This document shows, in pieces, positions 1 through 11,700 of a DNA stretch of 64,000 nt. Positions within the stretch are counted from its first letter, which is position 1. Each line of letters begins with the position of its first letter. The translations under genes and the position numbers were made by a program. The stretch is from Azolla caroliniana (lineage: Eukaryota; Plantae; Polypodiophyta): contig JBHGNT010000021.1 of the NCBI GenBank assembly GCA_043228905.1, forward strand, positions 5,394,001-5,458,000. Reading direction: 5' to 3'. The notes under the pieces were generated by a model. That model was not told the DNA's origin. It was given only the letters and a program-made list of their open reading frames with translations, and searched no databases.

Positions 1-360
1 GCTGAACGACGAAGGACTAGTGCTCATGGTTACGGATTATGGGATCGACGTGGAAGGCATTGTCCCACGGGCGTGCCGTGTGTTGCCCAAAGAAGAGTAT
101 GTTACGAAGGTGTGAACCGGGGGGTCTAAAGGAGTAGATAATTAGAATATTATATTAAGTAATGACGGATCCGGATGGATGTACCGATCTAGATCCGTAG
201 CGGATCTAGATCGGCGGTCGGTGCATGCACCATTTTGTATCAGAACCGGATGCCTATATAAAGGACCCAGATTGAATGTATTAGGGAGCGAGTAATATAA
301 TCTTTGTGTCTACCTTGCGTACTTGCTTTCTGTACCTTCATGTTATAATATTTTGTATCA
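1..360 (+). mobile_element. Truncated LTR-like sequence related to the solo LTR at 58485-58944
   Basis: GCACCATTTTGTA...CCTATATAAAGG (~226-264) matches the reverse complement of ~58711-58752 in the TSD-flanked solo LTR. Abuts the broken end of the gag ORF near 350. Confidence 0.45.
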
Positions 361-3250
361 GATACTGCCCCGTGTGGTGGCCATGGCACACTGTACACCT
401 TACATTTTCTCTTTGGGCGTATGCTTGGGGTCTTTCTATACGGGGTGGCCTCGGTGGCATGGGTGGGGTGGGATCCGAAGGCTTCTCACGGTTGTTTGTA
501 GGTACTTGAGTGGGTATCCGTAACCCACTCATTGAATCTTCGAAAGTCATCATTACCGTGCAGGCTTCAGCAAATGACCGATGCATCCTAGCAATCAGGA
601 AATTTTGGAGTGTTGGGTCAAACAACCCGTTGATGAAGCAGCTCATCAATTTTTCATCTGATATCTTGTCGCTCGGGCTACAACGATGGTGAAGGCTTTT
701 CGTGCTACGAATGTAGTCCCTAACCGTCTCGTTCACTTCTTGCTTGAGGGCAAAAAGTTGGTCGATCGGGTTCCATTTATTCCCTCAACGAGCGAAGTTT
801 ATTAGGAAATCTTCGATGACATACTCGAAGTCAGTGACGATGTCCTCATTCAAGGTCCTAAACCAAATTCCGGCTTGGTCATTGAGTGTAAGTCCGAGTG
901 CGACTACTTTGGTGATCTCTGTGAGGGGCTCATAAGCTTGACATATCTGCTTGAACCTTTCTACATGATCATAGGCATCACCGAAACCGAGAAAGCGGGG
1001 TACTAGTTTAGAAATGGAAGCTCTCTTCCCGCTATCATTTGTAGGCTTTCTCGAATGGTCTGTGGGTGCTCGCTCTTTTTCCATCAATGCCATGAGGGTT
1101 TGGATGGATTGTAACGCTAGTGCGAGTTCTGCGTTTGGGGATATCGAGGCAGTTTGGTCGGGTGTTGGGGTCGTGTCCATACATCGTGGTGTTGGGTGTC
1201 GTTTCGTGTGGGCTTCGTTTGGACTGCCGCCCGTTGTGCTCGAATGCGGCGTGGGGTTGCGCTCACGGCCTCGGCGGTGCGTATGCGACGATGCTTCTAG
1301 GAGGTGAAGTTTTTGTTGTACTTGTGTGAATCTATCTTTCCTTTCCGCCAAAGTGGCTTCGATATCTCGGGTGATGCTTTCCGGTTGTCCTCCTTCCACA
1401 AGTTGTACCGTCCATATATTGATTTCTTGTTCTATCACCTGTAACTCCTATGCGGCATCACGTATGTGTCGCTCTACGCTAAGTGGGTCTGCCATTGGGC
1501 TCTCCTGTAGTGGGGGTATGTTGAGAGGTGCTTTAGTTGCTGGGCTCGATGGGAGGTTCATGTTTGGTAGCGTCCCCGAAGTTAACCACCCTCCATGGTA
1601 TCGAGTCGAGTTAGATGGGTCAGCACCGTGTGTTTGGTTGGTTTGGGTGGACTCCTCTTGGCGTGTGGGTCAGGTTTTGAACATCTCTGTCCATGAGGAT
1701 CCAGCCATGTTCTCTTTTCAAGCTTTGCGGGTTTGTCGAACTTTGATCTTTCGTTGAAGGATGTGGGTTCGTCGAAAGATGCGGGTTTGGCAAACTTTGA
1801 TCTTTCGTCGAAGGATGTGGGTTCGTCGAAAGATGCAAGTTTGGCAAACTTTGATCTTTCGTCGAAAGATGTGGGTTCGTCGAACTTTGATCTTTTGTCG
1901 AAGGATGTGGGTTCGTCGAACTTTGATCTTTCGTCGAAGGATGTGGGTTCGTTGAACTTTGAGCTTTCGTCGAAGGATGTGGGTTCAACGAAGGATGACA
2001 GTTCATCGAAAGATGTGGGTTCGTCGAACTTTGATCTTTCGTCGAAGGATGTGGGTTCGTCGAAGGATGATCGTCGAAAGATGTGGGTTCGTCGAACTTT
2101 GATATTTCATCGAAGGATGTGGGTTTGTCGAAGGATGAGGGTTCGTCGAAAGATGTGGGTTCGTCGAACTTTGATCTTTCGTCGAAGGATGTGGGTTCGT
2201 CGAAGGATGAGAGTTCGTCGAAAGATATGGGTTCGTCGAACTTTGATCTTTCGCCGAAGGATGTGGGTTCGTCGAAAGATGCGGATTTGGCAAACTTTGA
2301 TCTTTCATTGAAGGATGCTTCCCTTATTGAACTCTGATCTTTCGACGAACTTTGAGTGGGAATTTTGAATTTGTTGGCGCCAACGGCCATTTCGTGTCCC
2401 TTAGGATTACCGTACTCAGCGAGAATCATGGTGATTATTCTTGCCCTACAACGGCTAAATCTCAACAATGCTTAGCGTTAACCGGACGAATAGCTTGCTA
2501 ATGTCCAGGCGATTAAGGAAGGGTAAATTGAAACAAAAAACAAAAAATTAACTTAATTAAAATGGGAAATAGCGAGCATAGAAAAAAACAGAATATAATG
2601 GTTCCCTTTCGATTTCTTCTCTCATTAAGTGGGTTGCCTACGAGTTTTTGACCACTCAAAATCGGCTTCAAGAGTCGGTCGTATCCCCGGCAACGGCACC
2701 AAATAGATGTGTAGGATCTATGTATCGATGGAGTAACTTAAATCCTCGATGTCGTTTGCGGAGTTCGAATCGGCGTATACCCTTTTGATGGAGAATCGGG
2801 CGGAGATGGTTGTTGGACACCTCTGAGCCTCACACTCACTTAACGATTAATAGATGATTAAGCACGATATCTCTCTCACTCTCTCAAGCTCGCTCTCATA
2901 GACAGTAGGGTAATGAATATGTTATTAACCCTCTTTGCTAAGAGGTCTAGCACCAACAAGGAAGAGAGATTAGTGTTCTCTAACTAAACACTTCACTAGT
3001 CTCTCTTAAGCTTAAAGGTTACAAAGAGGAGGAGAGGAAGCTCTAGCTCTTAATCAATAGGGAGATCTTTACAAATGGAAGAACCCTTACAAAGCCACCA
3101 CCATGTGGTTTATATAGCATTTACATTTAGGGTATGGATCTTTCACACTTCGATGTCCTTTAGCCCTCTTTCCTCTTGTCATTCCCTCTTCGTAGGTCCT
3201 TTAGCCATACTATGTCCTTGTTGATGCGCTTTTCTTCACGACTGGTCGTG
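338..3250 (-). mobile_element. Athila/Tat-like Ty3/Gypsy 5' portion: LTR, PBS, tandem-repeat leader, frameshifted gag
   Basis: PBS TTTGGTGCCGTTGCCGGGGA on the minus strand (~2684-2703), next to an LTR edge at ~2708 with minus-strand TATA near 3110. ORFs 785-1438 and 338-736 read as retrotransposon gag (PRFLGFGDAYDHVERF, LNDQAGIWFRTL, ETVRDYI, LMSCFINGL) with a broken zinc knuckle CTVCHGHH. The far LTR edge is approximate. Confidence 0.75.
1725..2352. repeat. Compound 18-bp minisatellite (TCGTCGAAGGATGTGGGT / TCGTCGAACTTTGATCTT units)
   Basis: Directly visible alternating 18-bp units between the PBS and gag. It explains the repetitive ORFs at 1620-2468. Confidence 0.9.
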
Positions 3251-3261
3251 GTGCTATCCAA

Positions 3262-3636
3262 GGGCTTAACAGGTTTCACGATTTGAAACCACGGTTTAAA
3301 CGATTTAATGGTTTTTTTTAATTACAAAAATTTTAAAAATAAATTATTATTTTTTAAAACAATCTTTTCATTTTTAGCCTAATTCTCACATTTTAGGAAA
3401 ATCTTTAAATTTTTGAAATTTTAAAATTTAAAATAATGAAAAAAAAAAAGTTAATGTAAAATTGAATTTTGACCTAAGTTGAAAACCGAAACCGAACCAA
3501 GAAACCACGGTTTTAACGGTTCAAAAAAAAAATTACCAATTTCAATTCAAACGGTTTCGTGGTTGGATTCAAGTTTCAAAATCTTAATGGTTTGGTTTTG
3601 ACACTCTCAAACCGTACTAAACCGAACCGTTGCCGA
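3262..3636. mobile_element. Possible hAT-type MITE remnant
   Basis: AT-rich core with clustered AAACCG/CGGTTT and AACCGAACC motifs at both ends. No clean TIR or TSD was resolved. Confidence 0.3.
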
Positions 3637-5299
3637 TTGTTAATTGAGCCATTGCACTTTGTAAGCACGTTATTCCCTCTCCAATTGCCAATGGTCTAAT
3701 GCTCCATATATTTCAATTTCTCTGTATAGAATAAGCCTTGGTAAATTTCATGTGTCTTTTTCCTTCCATCCATATTTCATTATGTCAAATGCTCACAATG
3801 ATGCTAGGCAAATGGATGTACTAAATCATTAAAGGTATGAGAATGCAAAAAAAAAAAAAAACAAAGACTTTGTGACAAACGAAGTTCCAACAAGAATGCT
3901 AGAGTCAAAGAGAACTTAGATGAAATGTCTTTATTCCAAGATGGATGCCACTGAAATCAAGAGACATGAACACCACTAGTGCAGTTTGTAAATGAACTAA
4001 AAAATGGTGATATAACATCCCTATAACCTATATATAATACAACATTATAAATTAGACAAGGCATTACTTGCCTTTATATATTCTATTCTGTATAATGTAT
4101 GAACATGATGGTGGCACTAGTAAATTGTGTGCTTTGCAAACTTTGCATTGTAGGTTCAACATTTGAGGGATTGGGATTGATGTTAGCATTGCATTCATTA
4201 TAAAAGTTCTACATGGTGGTTGTTTCCATTGATCCACAAAAATTGGCATTATAACATATTGTAGTACTATTTCCATAATACAAATTTGGAGTGCAATAAA
4301 CAAGCCAATCTAATAGAAAAAATTGGACCTCAAAGGTTAATTATGAAAGTTCTAATTGTCACTTCAATTCATACACAATGCACACCAATACTTTGTGCAT
4401 GTAAATTGGCATTATAAAATCGTTGTTGCCATATTTCCATAATGCAAAGTTCGACATTAAACAAGCCTAAATTGACAGATAAACATTGGACCCCAAAGGT
4501 TCTCATAAGAAAGGAGTGAGACATATATACATATATGTTTGTCGTTCTATATACATACTATACTATGAAAACTTTATAATATGAGGAATCGTTTAATGGA
4601 TGTATGCAAAGACATGATCCTGGAATTTCAATTTGGAGCAGGTTTTGGGTTTCACAATTGCAAACTAATTATTTTTTCATAGAGGTAACATTCGTTAGGT
4701 CTCGCAACATTCTCCATGCATGGAAGCAACAACTACATTGAAGTATCCCATCATCACTTTTGTACAAGTTTGTTGGGTGGAACATGCTCCTCTACCAGAA
4801 TATTTCAACATAAGATATATTCCAATGTTAGTTAATTGATATTCTTTGCCATATCTAGTTAATATACTAATGTTCCTTTTTCAAAGCCCAAGTACTTTTT
4901 TTTATTACTCTTTCAACCAATAACCCATAGTTTAAGGATACCTATGGTTTAGGATCTAGATCTAAATTTTGGGAATGCAATGCATAAACACCATGCATGC
5001 CAACTACAACAATGCCATTATGAGATCCATATTAATTTAAATGTAGTAATGAGAATTGGCCCTTGCATGCATATGTCAATGCACACAAATACACACACAT
5101 GCCTAGGATTGCCAATTCATTTTAATAATCTCACACTAATATTCATCCAAGATATGTTAAAAACTTGTGCCACACCTTGTTGGGGATGAGAAGTTAGAAC
5201 CTCCATTATGGAATCCATATTCGTAATTTCTACGGATCCCACGAGGTACCCCAATTCGGTACCTAGGATGTACAATAGGTATTGATCTATTAGTAGAAA

Positions 5300-6100
5300 T
5301 TCAAGTGGCAGCCCTCCTACAGAAATTACGGAAAAAGTTGTTATTATGGAGTTCAGTCAAGTTGTCTTTTGCTAGACAGATTGTAGTTGCAACCAAGTAT
5401 TGTTGGCAACAACATGGTATGTTTTGTCTTGTTGATCTTTTCCAAGTCCTGCATCTTGCAAATACGGAGATTGATTCGAAATGTCTTGTGTTCTTGTAAA
5501 ACGGAGGGTTATGCTCGTTAAAACGGTTGGCACATGGTTGCATAAGATGGGCAAATCCTCTAGTTGTGCTCACTGTCATTGACAATTTGAAACTCAGAAT
5601 ATTGTCTATGGGATTGCCTTGAGTTTCAACAAGTATGGCAATGCCCCTTAGAACATTTGCTAACTACTTTCCCCCATCGGTATTCACATGGGACATGGTG
5701 GTTTGGACGTCACTTGTCCGTTCTATTTCCCATTAGGACGTCAAATCTATGCACCATGGTTTTCACACCATATCTAAAAGTGTTCATGCACTTCCATTAG
5801 TGTTTGTGCAGTTTTTAGGGATAAAACCATTATGGGAGATACTGAGTAGTACTATTGCAAATTACATCTGGAAGGCTCGGTGCTCTCTCATATTTCATCA
5901 AGTTAGAGCCTCACTAACTGAATTAGTAAAATGTATTTGGGATTGTACTGTTGGAGATTCTGACAATAAAGCTGCTCAACGCCATTAGTTTCTTACTTTG
6001 TGGATAGCTACTCCACTTATGACCTTGAAGAATGGCACTCCTTTTTGGCACTTTCAACCACCAAAATGGATGTTTCCTCCATCAATCACATAAAAATCAA
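5300..6100 (+). mobile_element. Degenerate L1-type LINE ORF2 3' fragment
   Basis: Broken frames give LQKLRKKLLLWSSVKLSFARQIVVA / VLLATTWYVLSC, then YIWKARCSLIF and WHFQPPKWMFP. The same motifs occur in the LINE at 59.9-61.1 kb (YVWKARCLKVF, WNYRPPQWLFP). Confidence 0.75.
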
Positions 6101-6893
6101 AATTTTGTAAATTGTTTACACTAATGAATGGATATATTTTTTGGGAAAAGAAAACTTGTGGCACACCTTCACATTTGTCGCACTTCAAACTTTCATGACT
6201 TGTTAAAACCTTGTAGCCAATGCATATGATCCCATAGATTATATAGAAAACCGTTGATTGATAAATACATAGCATTAGATATTTCAATAACTAGAATGTT
6301 CGTTAGTCCTATGTATGACATGCCTAGTACACAAATGTTAAGAGGCAATTCACTTTTCCTTAGGTATGACATTCACAAAGAGTGGCCTAACAAGTAAGCT
6401 TTATTTATTAATTGGAGACATGGTAGGCTCACCTCACACAACTCATGCCAGAATAGCAAATTTTAGTTGGTCCATCAATACCCAGCGCATTCAAGCTCGC
6501 AAATCTCAATTGTCGATGTGGAATTCTATATCTGAAGTTCATGTATAAGTCGTGTCGTTGATACCCAATTATTATTTTTTTAGTCTCCGTGCCATTAATA
6601 TCCAATCATTATTTTTTTAGTCTCCTTGTTTGAAATTGTTGATATTGATATCCATTGAGTGAAGAAGGCCTATATAACAAGACAATGTTAAATATATGGT
6701 AATTGTCATAGCACTATCAAAGACTTTGTGATAGATGAAGTGTCGACTAAACCCGCGGATTGAATGGGACGTCTGCCTATAGCTCAATTGAGGCATCGTA
6801 TTTGAGAATGGATATATGGAAACACTAGATTAATCGACTGATACGTGACCCTTTGGATTAGTATAATACATTATAATTGTATGAAAACAATAT

Positions 6894-6924
<31 letters not shown>
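6894..6924. repeat. (CA)n microsatellite
   Basis: Direct observation. Confidence 0.9.
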
Positions 6925-6925
<1 letters not shown>

Positions 6926-7165
6926 CAAAATAAATAAATAAATTGTTAGGAAATGGATGATCTCTCTCTTCTTTCGTCTTGTTGAATGTTGACAAAGACA
7001 TCATGGGATGTATCGATTAAAAGTCAATCCTTCGGGCATAATCTAGGTTAAAGAATCAACAATTAGGCACGACAAATGATCCGGACACGCAATATTATGC
7101 CTTAATTAAAACCCAAAAATGGGTCCGCGAATTGTTGGTTGGTTGGTTCGGGGGTTTTATTCGTT

Positions 7166-8794
7166 TTACTCGAATTTGTCCCAAACTAATGCAAGATCAT
7201 AGGGTGCCCAAAGGCTGTCCAATGGGCAAGGTGTATGGGCATCCAACCTCACCCATGGCTTGCCTTTCCCACTCCAATGCAAGAGGCTAATGGGCCCAGG
7301 GTGCAAGCCCCTACACACTCCTCTAATGTTGTCCCCGCCCAACCCGTGTTGGTTCCACCGCTCCTCGATCGCCCGGAGCCTCCCGGCGAACATGAGCAAG
7401 AAAGGCGGCAACGAGCCGAGCTCGTAGATCCTCCTCTCCCTTTGCACCTCCATCCACCTCTCTATCTCCCTTGTGTACCCACCCAATCTCCACACCCCCA
7501 AGTCCATGACCATGACCCCCGTGTTGAAGTAGCACGCGGACTCCCGCCGGCCCGGCCCGAACACCGCCCCGGACAGCGCAATGTCCCGCCAGAACCCGTC
7601 CGTGAAGTACCTCGTGAAATTGGCCCGGCAGTGCTCGGCTGCCCCGAGGGGCCGGCCCTCGAGGTCGGTCCACCAGAGCTCCGCGATGTCGTCCAGCACG
7701 ATCACATCCGAGTCGAGGTAAATGACCTTGTCCACACATGCCGGCAAGATGTCGCCCAAGTAGGCCCTGGCATAGTTGAGTGGCTGCTCCAAGGCCTCCC
7801 TTATGGTGGGTGAGATCTTCTCCTTCACCAGAGATGCATTGAAAGGGTAGAGCCTGAAGGTTAGGTATGGGAATGTGAGAGCTATGAGGCGCGAAAGGTC
7901 GTCCATCCGATCGAGCGAAGACGCGACGAAGTGGAACGCCACGTTCTCGGGGCATGTCGCATGTTGGACGATCGATAGGACGGCGGCCATGGAGCCCCGG
8001 ATGTACGCAATGTCGAGGGTCATCGCGATGTGGACCAGCCGGGAATCGCATATGTCGATGCCGATCGTATCGGCGTCCGGAGCTCCGGGGCTCCCGCGCC
8101 GACGATTCGTTCGGGTGATCGTAGTGCATTCTTTACCGTTCCGGAAGGACGGAGCTTCTCGGAATCTCGGCCAATCGCTAATTTGTTGTTGTTCTTGGTC
8201 TTGTTGTTGTTGTTGTTGTTGAGAGCTCATGGGTAGCTGCCATGATGATGATGATGATGATGATGATGGTAATGGTGATGATGGTAATGATGGTGATGAT
8301 ATTAATGATGGTGATGATGTTAATGATGGTGATGATAATAATGATGGTGATGATGGTGATGATGATAATGATGATAATGATGGTGATGATGATAATGGTG
8401 ATGATGGTAATGATGGTAATGATGGTAATGATGATGTGTTAATGGTAGAAATACTTTGATCATCATATAAATTGGGCACTTTACAGGGAGGGGTAGTGAT
8501 CACACTCAACATGCAAGGAAGGAATTGGGAGCATATCAAAGCTAGAAGAATCAGACTGAGGGGATTTATGGTAATAATGGTATAGGATGTGAAATGACAA
8601 TCATGATTAGATTTGTAACTGTAATTATGAGGAGGAGGAGGAGGAGGAGGCGCTAGTGCCTGCAATTGATGATAAGTACAACGCATTGTTGCCAGATTGA
8701 AAGCCACTGATCTTGCAAATATTTGAATTGGGTCCGTACAGAATTTAATAATTAGTGGATTGAATCTCTCATTATAGCAGCATAATGCATACAT
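7166..8794 (-). CDS. GATL: Galacturonosyltransferase-like protein (GT8 family), single exon
   Basis: 542-aa ORF with GATL signatures [28 protein letters not shown] (DxD), [45 protein letters not shown]. Hydrophobic anchor near the N-terminus. The true start may be a downstream Met. Confidence 0.95.
   Translation of the reverse strand: MYALCCYNERFNPLIIKFCTDPIQIFARSVAFNLATMRCTYHQLQALAPPPPPPPHNYSYKSNHDCHFTSYTIITINPLSLILLALICSQFLPCMLSVITTPPCKVPNLYDDQSISTINTSSLPSLPSLPSSPLSSSPSLSSLSSSPSSPSLLSSPSLTSSPSLISSPSLPSSPLPSSSSSSSSWQLPMSSQQQQQQQDQEQQQISDWPRFREAPSFRNGKECTTITRTNRRRGSPGAPDADTIGIDICDSRLVHIAMTLDIAYIRGSMAAVLSIVQHATCPENVAFHFVASSLDRMDDLSRLIALTFPYLTFRLYPFNASLVKEKISPTIREALEQPLNYARAYLGDILPACVDKVIYLDSDVIVLDDIAELWWTDLEGRPLGAAEHCRANFTRYFTDGFWRDIALSGAVFGPGRRESACYFNTGVMVMDLGVWRLGGYTREIERWMEVQRERRIYELGSLPPFLLMFAGRLRAIEERWNQHGLGGDNIRGVCRGLHPGPISLLHWSGKGKPWVRLDAHTPCPLDSLWAPYDLALVWDKFE
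8184..8436. repeat. Coding trinucleotide repeats (polyQ and Ser/Pro/Leu-rich tract) inside GATL
   Basis: (TTG)n and (GAT/GGT/AAT)n runs on +, in frame in the GATL ORF on -. Confidence 0.9.
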
Positions 8795-11700
8795 TTATCA
8801 AAGTAATCCTCATGAATGGATGCAACAAGAGATTTATTTTAAACATATAGAAGTCTCTGTTTTGTATAAATATTTATATATAGTAAAATGAATTAATGGA
8901 ACATATATGTATGTATTGTATATATTAAGGTAAAACAATGCAGGGGGGAAAATTAATAGTATGGATCATGCAGGATTGATGGACTTCTTAATATGAGAAG
9001 CAAGCAAGTATATTGATCAATGTTTCGCTAATGCTGCTGATAAACGGTATCAATCATCATACAGTATAATAGATGTAGGGTGTGATGATCCATATAAGTA
9101 ATGATCAGGATCGAATGATTATGAAACAGGGTGATGATGATTGGACTGATGATTGGACTAATGATGATGCTATCATCAGATCTGCAGATCAATTTCTCAT
9201 AAATGGAAAGACCTTCACGCCATAGAATCTATTGGGTACATAATAATATTGCTTTTTTCTATTTATTTGACTTATTCATTTGCTCATTAGATATATATAC
9301 ATATTGCATACTCATTAATTTTATGAACTAATTAAAGAACTGACTCATTAGTTTTTGACTAGGTCATTTTGTGAATTAATTAGTTCCATTGGGCTCATTA
9401 ATGAGCTCCTAATTGTTTCATTAGCTAATTTCGAAGGGAAAAGAAAAGAAAAAAAAGGACATTCTATAATCTTTATTTTTTATTTTTTATTTATTTAGTT
9501 ATTCTTATTCTCATTCCATTTTTAAGTTTTTTTTTTTTTTTCTTGTGATTTTTTTTTCCTGTTTTTGTTATTTTTTGCTCTTTCTTTTCAAGGGTTTGCG
9601 ATATCAAATCGGGGCCGTCGGATCTGAGATGAGCCGATAGATCGGACGGCTATAGTACAAGTGCGGGGCTCTCTTTATCATATGTAAAATTCCAATAATA
9701 ATATATGAATTTAAGCTTATTATTAATGATCTAAATATATATGTCCTTTAATCCTTTTTCCATGCTTGGTTGACTTTGGGATGCTGACATTTTAATTGTC
9801 CGGCCTTCAAGTTTGCGCGAACTCCGGAAGTGTCATGGACCCCCAATAAAAACCAAACACGGGAAGAGTTCACTAATATGTCGACACACATTGCGAATTG
9901 ACCTTCAAGTCTCGCGACTCTTTCAATAGTGCTCTTCGGAGTAAAGAAAAAAAAAACAAAATCGCGACTTCTACTTATGCGTTCTGCTCTAAGAGAGACA
10001 CACGCACACACACACACACGGGCACACGTGTGTATGTGCGTGCACATGTTACGCATACAAAATGGCATGCTACAACATTTATCTGAACACTATTGAGAAA
10101 TGAAGCTGATCGGATTGATGAGAAAGAGAATATGAGTGGAAAACTTACTATAAGAGTACTATGCTGAAAGTTTTCTATTATCAAACCGAAACATTTACAA
10201 ATAGACAATAGGTTTTCGTTCGTGTTTCAACTTGCCATGGCATATTCCCAACTCTTTCCATGAGTTGTTGTGCTTATTAGAGCACAACTAGGGTGCGTGT
10301 GTTTGTGTGTGTTTTAGCTTGCCATGTAAAATATTCCCAACGTTAGACTGGCTTCCCTATTTCCAAGTAACCTATTTTATACATGTTTGACTTTATTGAA
10401 CATGTATGAGTTTCAATGGGAAAGAAGAAACCTCAATGGCTTCCATGTGTCCAAATGATTGGCCTATTTTTAAGGTGTAATACAACTAATGACATTCCTA
10501 ACCAAGCATTAGAACAAAAACCCTTAATATGTTTGGCACGCCCCAAAATCGATGAGAATGAGAGATGGATATATAGTAGCTTTCCTACTTCTAGCATGAG
10601 GAAATTCTAACCTGCAAGCCTATGAGTGTGAATTAACTTCCAAATTTCCTATAGTACTTACATTGGCACTTCTAATAGTTGGTGTACTTTTAGGTAGACC
10701 TTGATCACTTGGAGTTACATGATAGATGGTGCATGTTTTGGCCCTGTTTTGGCGAGCATAGATATAATTGTCCTATTTGGAAAGCAGTAAGTTAAACAAT
10801 CTCAACCATTAGCCTAATCACTAAGGTGAAGAGACTCTCACTAGTGTAGTAACCATATGAATGGGTATATAACGCTTAAAAGAGAGATCGATTTATTTAC
10901 CATTGTATTTGGAGGTCAATAGAACATTTCCACATAATACATGTGAAAGTGACCAACCATTCTTGATGTTTAAGAACCTTACTAATGAATGTCGCAATCG
11001 AGAGTGCACTCTAAGATTGTGAGAGAAATTCGTGCAAGAGTTGGGTTTGGTTGAAGATTTATGGAAAGCATAGTCCAATGTGATCAAAGGCAGAGCATTA
11101 TGTCAAAGTGTCATACTTAGACTTCCCAACTTGTTTTCAAGGGCAAAGTGTGCATAATTGACTACTCTCATCACTTGTGCCCCAATGCCCTCTCTCAAAT
11201 TGTAGTTAGTGTGAGCGAAGTGACATGGAAGTAGTGGTTCATACAGCAAACATATAGGATGGGCTCTAACATGTATTTATGTATATGGTTTGGTAGTCAT
11301 GTGCAACATATATAGTATAATGAGTAAACTGTGACCCTCCACATTTTTTGTCATGATGCATTCTAAGTAGTGAAGTTACCAATACCTCTCACATTGTTTG
11401 CCATTACTACTCACTAGATTCTTGTTACGACATGTGCAAAATGTGGGTAAATTGATGAACTTTCTCTCCCATGAAGGAAACGAATGATAACCAAACCGTT
11501 GAAAGTATGGACTCTATGCTTATAAATGCATTGAAAGAAAATTGGTTGACATTGGATTGCATGGGCCAATAGTAGGAGGTATTATTTATCACCACATAGG
11601 TTACCCTATTAGTATTGTCGTCTCTTCCTCTCAAAGTTTGAGTTGGATACTCTTAGGCTATAATTTCTCTGTTTTTTTGCATTACTACCATGGTTAAAGA

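Noticed and set aside
1620-2468. Long repetitive ORFs on both strands
   Set aside because: They are by-products of an 18-bp minisatellite, with no domain evidence.
7235-8459. Overlapping and antisense ORFs in GATL, including poly-Asp and poly-Met ORFs
   Set aside because: They are shadows of a GC-rich CDS and trinucleotide repeats.
9614-9650. 12-bp inverted repeat GCCGTCGGATCT...AGATCGGACGGC
   Set aside because: A short motif common in plant TE remnants, with no further support.
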